Source: Candidatus Eiseniibacteriota bacterium
GTDB taxonomy: Bacteria > Eisenbacteria > RBG-16-71-46 > SZUA-252
Reading direction: 5' to 3'
DNA: 36,921 nucleotides
NCBI GenBank assembly: GCA_031370645.1
Contig: JANMQV010000223.1
Span: forward strand, 1-36,921
Below the pieces are notes generated by a model, which saw only the letters and a list, made by a program, of their open reading frames with translations, did no database searches and was not told where the DNA came from. Both the position numbers and the translations under genes were made by a program. Positions within the stretch are counted from its first letter, which is position 1; every line of letters starts with the position of its first letter. Below, piece by piece: positions 31,892 through 36,921 of this stretch.

Positions 31892-32513
31892 CGCGGAAGC
31901 CGTCCTCTCGGCCGGCTATCGCCACTTCGTGATCGTCATCTCCGGCCCCTCGGGCGCGGGGAAAAGCACGTTCGTCCACGAACTCCTTCGCCAGCACCCC
32001 ACGGAACTCATCTACTCCGTCTCCGCTACGAGCCGCGCGCGCCGCGAACACGAGAAGGAGGGGGAGGATTACTTCTTCCTCGGGCGCGACGGCTTCCGCG
32101 CGCGGATCGAGCGGAGCGAATTCGTGGAGTGGGCCGAAGTGCACGGCGAACTCTACGGAACGCTTCGCGCGCAGATCGACCAGTCGCTTTCGGCGGGGAA
32201 GAACGTGCTGTTGGATATCGATGTACAAGGTGGCCGCGCGGTGAGACGCATCTATCCCGACGGCGTCTTCATCTTCATCCTGCCGCCATCGCTCGCGCGG
32301 CTCGAAGAGCGGCTCCGCGGACGCGGCACGGACAGCGAAGAGAGGATCCGCCTTCGCCTCGACAACGCCCGCCGCGAGATCGGTCTATCGCACGAGTACG
32401 ACTACGCCGTGGTGAACGACGATTGGGACGCGGCGGCTCGAAAAGTGGAAGCGATCGTGATCGCGGAGACGGCCCGGGCGACCCGGCTGATTCGGCTCCG
32501 GACCGAGGGGTAG
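31854..32513 (+). CDS. gmk: Guanylate kinase
   Basis: ISGPSGAGKST, SVSATSR, EGEDYFF, EWAEVHG.LYGT, LDIDVQG, FILPPS. TTG start overlapping the yicC end is uncertain. Confidence 0.97.
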   Translation: MSESGNKSKTSSDAEAVLSAGYRHFVIVISGPSGAGKSTFVHELLRQHPTELIYSVSATSRARREHEKEGEDYFFLGRDGFRARIERSEFVEWAEVHGELYGTLRAQIDQSLSAGKNVLLDIDVQGGRAVRRIYPDGVFIFILPPSLARLEERLRGRGTDSEERIRLRLDNARREIGLSHEYDYAVVNDDWDAAARKVEAIVIAETARATRLIRLRTEG

Positions 32514-32662
32514 GATGGGCGGGCGGGGTCGCCCCGCAACGGGCGCTACAACTGCCTGTGAATAAGTAAGTTAGATTTCCCCGTCGCCCCGCCCCAGTTC
32601 CCCCTGGATGGCACCCCGGAAGCGCCGTATACTCACCGTTTCCCTGCCAAGGAGGTTTCACG

Positions 32663-32911
32663 TTGGACAATCCGAACAGCCCTACGCTTCGCTCGGGCAA
32701 CATCAAGAACAAGTACGAGTTGATCATCGTGGCCGCCAAGGAAGCGCGTCGCTTGAACGAACTGTCGCGCCAGACCGGCCTCGACATCGGCGGCAAAGTG
32801 ACGAACATCGCCCTCGAGGAGACCTACAAGGGTCATGTTCTCTTCCGGTACGGCCCCGACCCCGACGCGCCGGAACCCGTAGCCGAGCCGCTGCCCGAGT
32901 TGCCGGAGTAA
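32663..32911 (+). CDS. rpoZ: RNA polymerase omega subunit
   Basis: NKYELIIVAAKEARRL...KVTNIALEE; strong SD AAGGAGG before TTG; position between gmk and coaBC. Confidence 0.9.
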   Translation: MDNPNSPTLRSGNIKNKYELIIVAAKEARRLNELSRQTGLDIGGKVTNIALEETYKGHVLFRYGPDPDAPEPVAEPLPELPE

Positions 32912-32918
32912 CCAGGCC

Positions 32919-34217
32919 GTGACGGACCGGCCGGCGACCCTTCGCGGCGCGCGCATCCTGCTCGGCATCACCGGCGGGGTCGCGGCCTACAAGGCGCCCG
33001 AGTTGGTCCGCGCCCTCCGGAAAGAGGGCGCCGTCGTTTCGGTCTTGATGACGAAGCACGCCCAGCGATTCGCCACCCCCGACGCGCTTCACGCCGTGAC
33101 GCGCGGGCTCGTTCTCACCGATCTCTTCGACCCCGCGGCCCTGACCGACGGACCGTGGTTCCCCGACGCACCGAAGTCGAAGCTCGCCTACGCCCACATC
33201 GGCATGGCGCGAGAGGCCGACTTGGTTCTCGTCGCCCCCGCGACCGCGAATCTCCTCGCCAAACTCGCCCATGGCCTCGCTGACGACCTCCTCTCGACCG
33301 CCTTGATCGCCACGCGCGCTCCGATTCTGATCGCGCCGGCGATGAACACGGCCATGTGGGAGCACCCGGCGGTGCAGGCGAACGTGGCTTTGTTGAAGGG
33401 GCGGGGCGTGCGGTTCGTGGGCCCGGAGGCTGGGGAATTGGCCGATGGGGAGAGCGGCATGGGGCGGATGGCCATGCTGGAATTGATCGTGAGCGCTTGC
33501 GTCTCGGTCCGCGGCGGCAAGGCGCGGGCGGGCGCGATCACGGGGATCGCCGCACCGCTACACGGCCGCTCGATCGTTGTGACCGCCGGCGGCACCGAGG
33601 AAGCGATCGACCCCGTGCGGGTCATCACCAACCGGAGCAGCGGGAAGATGGGCTTCGCGATCGCCGAGGAGGCGCGCGCGTTGGGCGCTCGCGTCACCTT
33701 GGTGACCGCGCGGACTGCGGTGCCCGCACCCGCGGGCATCAAGACGGTTGAGGGCATGACCGTCGGCGCCATGCGCGACGCGGTGCTGGCGGCGATGGCG
33801 GACGCGGACGCGCTCATCATGGCGGCGGCGGTGAGCGATTTCGCCCCGGCGAAAGCGGCGAAGTCGAAACTTCCGCGCAAGGCCGAGGGGCTCACGCTCG
33901 AACTCAAGGCGACGCCCGACATCCTGAGCGACGTGAGGAAGAAATTCCCCAAGAAGGTTCTTGTAGGGTTCGCGTTAGAGACCCAAGATGCGGCTGAGAA
34001 CGTCGCAAGCGGCCGCGAAAAACTGAAGCGAAAGGGCCTGGACCTAATCGCCGTGAATAACCCGCTTCGCAAAGGCTCCGAGTTCGGCTCCGACCGAAAC
34101 GACGTGACGCTTCTCGGGAAAAAGGGAGCGCCGACGCCACTCGGTCTTCGCCCGAAGCGCGAGATCGCCCGCGAGATCCTGCTTCGAGTAGCCGACGCGC
34201 TCAACGGCAAGAGTTAA
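32919..34217 (+). CDS. coaBC: Bifunctional phosphopantothenoylcysteine decarboxylase/phosphopantothenate-cysteine ligase
   Basis: GITGGVAAYK, APATAN, PAMNTAM, TAGGTEEAIDPVR.ITNRSSGKMG, AAVSDF, VGFALET. Confidence 0.97.
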   Translation: MTDRPATLRGARILLGITGGVAAYKAPELVRALRKEGAVVSVLMTKHAQRFATPDALHAVTRGLVLTDLFDPAALTDGPWFPDAPKSKLAYAHIGMAREADLVLVAPATANLLAKLAHGLADDLLSTALIATRAPILIAPAMNTAMWEHPAVQANVALLKGRGVRFVGPEAGELADGESGMGRMAMLELIVSACVSVRGGKARAGAITGIAAPLHGRSIVVTAGGTEEAIDPVRVITNRSSGKMGFAIAEEARALGARVTLVTARTAVPAPAGIKTVEGMTVGAMRDAVLAAMADADALIMAAAVSDFAPAKAAKSKLPRKAEGLTLELKATPDILSDVRKKFPKKVLVGFALETQDAAENVASGREKLKRKGLDLIAVNNPLRKGSEFGSDRNDVTLLGKKGAPTPLGLRPKREIAREILLRVADALNGKS

Positions 34218-34218
34218 C

Positions 34219-35112
34219 GTGGGCGACCTCCGGGAGGAAGCAAGGGCGGTGGCGCGCGAGGCTCAGGAGATTCTGAAGCGCGACCGCGGGCGGTTGAAGA
34301 TCGGGGAGTTGGTTGGTACGGGATTCGCACCAGCTGCTGATGCTGCGGCTGCTGCAGCCCCGGTGAAGCGCTCGAGCCCGGCCGCCGCGGCCGCGCCCGC
34401 ACCAGCGAGATCCACCGCCGTGATGGAAGCGCCAGCTGTACCCGCTGAAACGCTTTCGCTCCCAGGATTCGAGCCCGCGCCGGTGCGCGTTCAGCCTCCG
34501 CTTCCGCCGCCCGGCGCCCCGATCATCGAAGTGCCGCTCGAGCCGCGCACGGACCTCCCGCGCGATCTCGCGGCGCTCCAGGCGCTCGTCGCCACGTGCG
34601 AGAAGTGCGGCCTCTGCAAGACGCGGACGCAGACGGTCTTCTCGGACGGATATCCGCTCGCGAAACTGATGTTCGTGGGCGAAGCGCCGGGCCGCGATGA
34701 AGATCTTCGCGGCATTCCCTTCGTCGGCCGCGCGGGGCAGTTGCTCGACAAGATGATCGCGGCGATCGACATGCAGCGGGAAGAGATCTACATCTGTAAC
34801 GTCCTCAAGTGCCGGCCGCCCGATAACCGGACGCCGGCCCCCGAGGAAGTGGCGCAGTGCCGCCCCTACCTCGAGCAGCAGGTCGCGCTGGTACGCCCGG
34901 TGGTGATCTGCGCGCTTGGGCTCTCGGCGGTGCAGGCGCTCCTCGAAACGAAGGCGACGATGGGCTCGATGCGCGGGAAGACGTATTCGTTCCGAGGCAT
35001 CCCGCTCATTCCGACGTATCATCCGGCGGCGCTTCTCCGGAACCCGGGGCTGAAGCGCGATGCTTGGATCGATCTTCAGCGCGTGCGCGATCTCGTGCGC
35101 TCGGTAGGTTAG
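34219..35112 (+). CDS. Family 4 uracil-DNA glycosylase ([4Fe-4S]) with Pro/Ala-rich N-terminal extension
   Basis: CEKCGL, VGEAPG..ED..G.PFVGRAG, NVLKCRPP.NR, YHPAALLR. Confidence 0.94.
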   Translation: MGDLREEARAVAREAQEILKRDRGRLKIGELVGTGFAPAADAAAAAAPVKRSSPAAAAAPAPARSTAVMEAPAVPAETLSLPGFEPAPVRVQPPLPPPGAPIIEVPLEPRTDLPRDLAALQALVATCEKCGLCKTRTQTVFSDGYPLAKLMFVGEAPGRDEDLRGIPFVGRAGQLLDKMIAAIDMQREEIYICNVLKCRPPDNRTPAPEEVAQCRPYLEQQVALVRPVVICALGLSAVQALLETKATMGSMRGKTYSFRGIPLIPTYHPAALLRNPGLKRDAWIDLQRVRDLVRSVG

Positions 35113-35123
35113 GGGGAGACATC

Positions 35124-36602
35124 GTGGACAGCCCGCGCCGCATTCTGAATCCGAAGTGGCAGTCGCCGCCCGAGCCGAGACTGGGGCAGGAAGTCGGCCG
35201 CGTGCCGCCGCATTCCGAGGACGCCGAGAAGGCGGTGCTCGGTTCCATGCTCGCCTCGCCCGAGTCGGTTGTCGCCGCCATTCAACTCCTGAACGCCGAC
35301 AACTTCTACGATCCGCGCCACGCGAAGATATGGCGCGCCATGACGGAGATGTTCGAAGCGAGCGTGCCGATCGATCTCGTCACGGTGTCGGACGCGCTCA
35401 AGCGGAAGAACGACTTCGAGACGATCGGTGGGTTCAGCTACCTCACCTCGCTCGACCAGTACGTGACGCACGCGGGGAACATCGAGTCGCACGCGAAGAT
35501 CGTGCTCGAGAAGGCGACGCTTCGCCGGATGATCGAAGTGAGCCGCGGGATCGTGGACGCGGCCTACGAGCAGAAGGAAGAGGCGCGCGTCATTCTCGAC
35601 AACGCCGAGCAGCGCGTGTTCGAGATCGCGAACGATCAACTTCGGACCGGCTTCCTTCCCATGAACAAACTGGTGCTCCAGGGCTTCACCGCCATCGAGG
35701 AGTACCGCCAGCGAAAGGTCCACGTCACCGGGACGGCGACGGGCTACTACGACCTCGACGAATTGACCGCCGGCTTCCAGAAGTCGGACTTCATCGTCAT
35801 CGCGGGCCGCCCTTCGATGGGAAAGACTTCGTTCGCGCTCAACATCGCGGAGAACGTCGCCGTCCGCGCGAAACCGAAAGACCGCCGTCCGGTCGGCGTG
35901 TTCAGCCTGGAAATGTCGAAGGAGTCGCTCGTCCAGCGCATGCTCTGCTCGCTGGCTCGCGTCGACATCCACAAGATCCGCCGCGGCTACGCGAGCGCCG
36001 ACGAGTACCGCCGCCTTCAGAACTCCGCGGCGCAACTCCACGACGCGCCGATCTTCATCGACGACTCCGCCGCCATCACGATTCTTGAGATGCGCGCGAA
36101 GGCGCGACGCCTCACCGCCTCCGAGGGGCAACTCGGCATGATCATCGTCGACTATCTCCAGATGGTGCGCGGGCCGGAGAACTCGGAGAACCGGACGCAG
36201 GAAATCTCGCTCATTTCTCGGTCGTTGAAGGCGCTCGCCAAGGAACTGGCGACGCCGGTCGTGGCGCTCTCGCAGTTGTCGCGCGCGGTCGAGACGCGAG
36301 GCGGCACCAAGCGCCCGATGCTCTCCGACCTTCGCGAGTCGGGCGCCATCGAGCAGGACGCCGACGTGGTGCTCTTCGTCTACCGCCCCGAGGTCTACGA
36401 GACCGAGCCGGAGAAGAAGGACGGCAAGGCGGAGATCATCGTGGCGAAGCAGCGTAACGGCCCCATCGGCACCGTCGATCTCGCGTTCCTCGCCGAGTGC
36501 ACGCGCTTCGAGTCGCTCCGCGAATTGCCGCCCAGCGGACCGCCGCCTGGATTCCAGGGTGGCGGCCAGGGCGCTCCACGCCAGGATCCGCCGCAACGGT
36601 GA
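35124..36602 (+). CDS. dnaB: Replicative DNA helicase DnaB
   Basis: PPHSEDAEKAVLG, AGRPSMGKT, FSLEMS, IVDYLQ, LSQLSR, SDLRESGAIEQDAD, AKQRNGP. GTG 35124 after GGGGGAG; no intein apparent. Confidence 0.98.
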   Translation: MDSPRRILNPKWQSPPEPRLGQEVGRVPPHSEDAEKAVLGSMLASPESVVAAIQLLNADNFYDPRHAKIWRAMTEMFEASVPIDLVTVSDALKRKNDFETIGGFSYLTSLDQYVTHAGNIESHAKIVLEKATLRRMIEVSRGIVDAAYEQKEEARVILDNAEQRVFEIANDQLRTGFLPMNKLVLQGFTAIEEYRQRKVHVTGTATGYYDLDELTAGFQKSDFIVIAGRPSMGKTSFALNIAENVAVRAKPKDRRPVGVFSLEMSKESLVQRMLCSLARVDIHKIRRGYASADEYRRLQNSAAQLHDAPIFIDDSAAITILEMRAKARRLTASEGQLGMIIVDYLQMVRGPENSENRTQEISLISRSLKALAKELATPVVALSQLSRAVETRGGTKRPMLSDLRESGAIEQDADVVLFVYRPEVYETEPEKKDGKAEIIVAKQRNGPIGTVDLAFLAECTRFESLRELPPSGPPPGFQGGGQGAPRQDPPQR

Positions 36603-36921
36603 CCGAAGAAGCCATCCGCCCCACGCTCGCGGAGCGCTGGCCGGCTCGCTCGATCCTGAGCGCACTGGCGGACACCGGCGAAGTATTCATCCTGATGGGG
36701 CAGGTCGTTCGCGAACTGCCGTTCGGAATTCGGAAAGTCGGGCTGGTGGTGAACCAGATGGCCGCCATCGGCATCGGCTCCATCCCCCTGACGCTCATCG
36801 TCGCCCTCTTCACCGGTGCTGTCGCCGCCGTGCAGGCCGCCTACCAGATGCGCGACTACGTGCCGATGGTCTATCTCGGCACGGTGATCGGGAAGTCGGT
36901 CGTGATCGAACTCGGCCCCGT
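36599..36921 (+). CDS. mlaE: MlaE/YrbE-family lipid ABC transporter permease (3'-truncated by window edge)
   Basis: Not in the ORF track. GTGA overlap with the dnaB stop; translates ...NQMAAIGIGSIPLTLIVALFTGAVAAVQ...VIELGP, typical MlaE motifs. Confidence 0.9.
   Translation, partial: MTEEAIRPTLAERWPARSILSALADTGEVFILMGQVVRELPFGIRKVGLVVNQMAAIGIGSIPLTLIVALFTGAVAAVQAAYQMRDYVPMVYLGTVIGKSVVIELGP

Noticed and set aside
32605-32633. Internal promoter for rpoZ (TGGATG-N17-TATACT)
   Set aside because: Good -10 but poor -35; plausible but too weak to list as a feature.
35124-36602. Intein in DnaB
   Set aside because: Length and motif spacing are normal, with no insertion after Walker A or elsewhere.

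Overview
A GC-rich bacterial chromosomal window, mostly housekeeping and almost all on the + strand. Gene order: atpA(partial)-atpG-atpD-atpC, tsaD, a four-gene phosphorelay/c-di-GMP cluster (REC-GGDEF, two tandem GAF-HisKA-HATPase-GAF-HD-GYP hybrids, a single-domain REC), priA, a secreted TPR protein, rho-rpmE-DUF1385-prfA-prmC-murA-selB, an rqcH-like gene and a TMTC-like gene on the minus strand, then yicC-gmk-rpoZ-coaBC-udg-dnaB-mlaE(partial). The gene order suggests an FCB-superphylum-related lineage, which is inference only. The most interesting locus is 24011-27473. A sigma70 promoter drives a small exported propeptide and an N-terminal-TPR sigma54 activator (bEBP). These are followed by repeated enhancer-like motifs, IHF-like sites, a well-spaced -24/-12 promoter and a ~150-nt structured RNA. 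Together they make a candidate peptide-sensing (RRNPP-like input) / sigma54-sRNA (LuxO-Qrr-like output) quorum-sensing circuit. No mobile element, CRISPR array, rRNA or tRNA was recognised. All calls are by eye, with no database searches.
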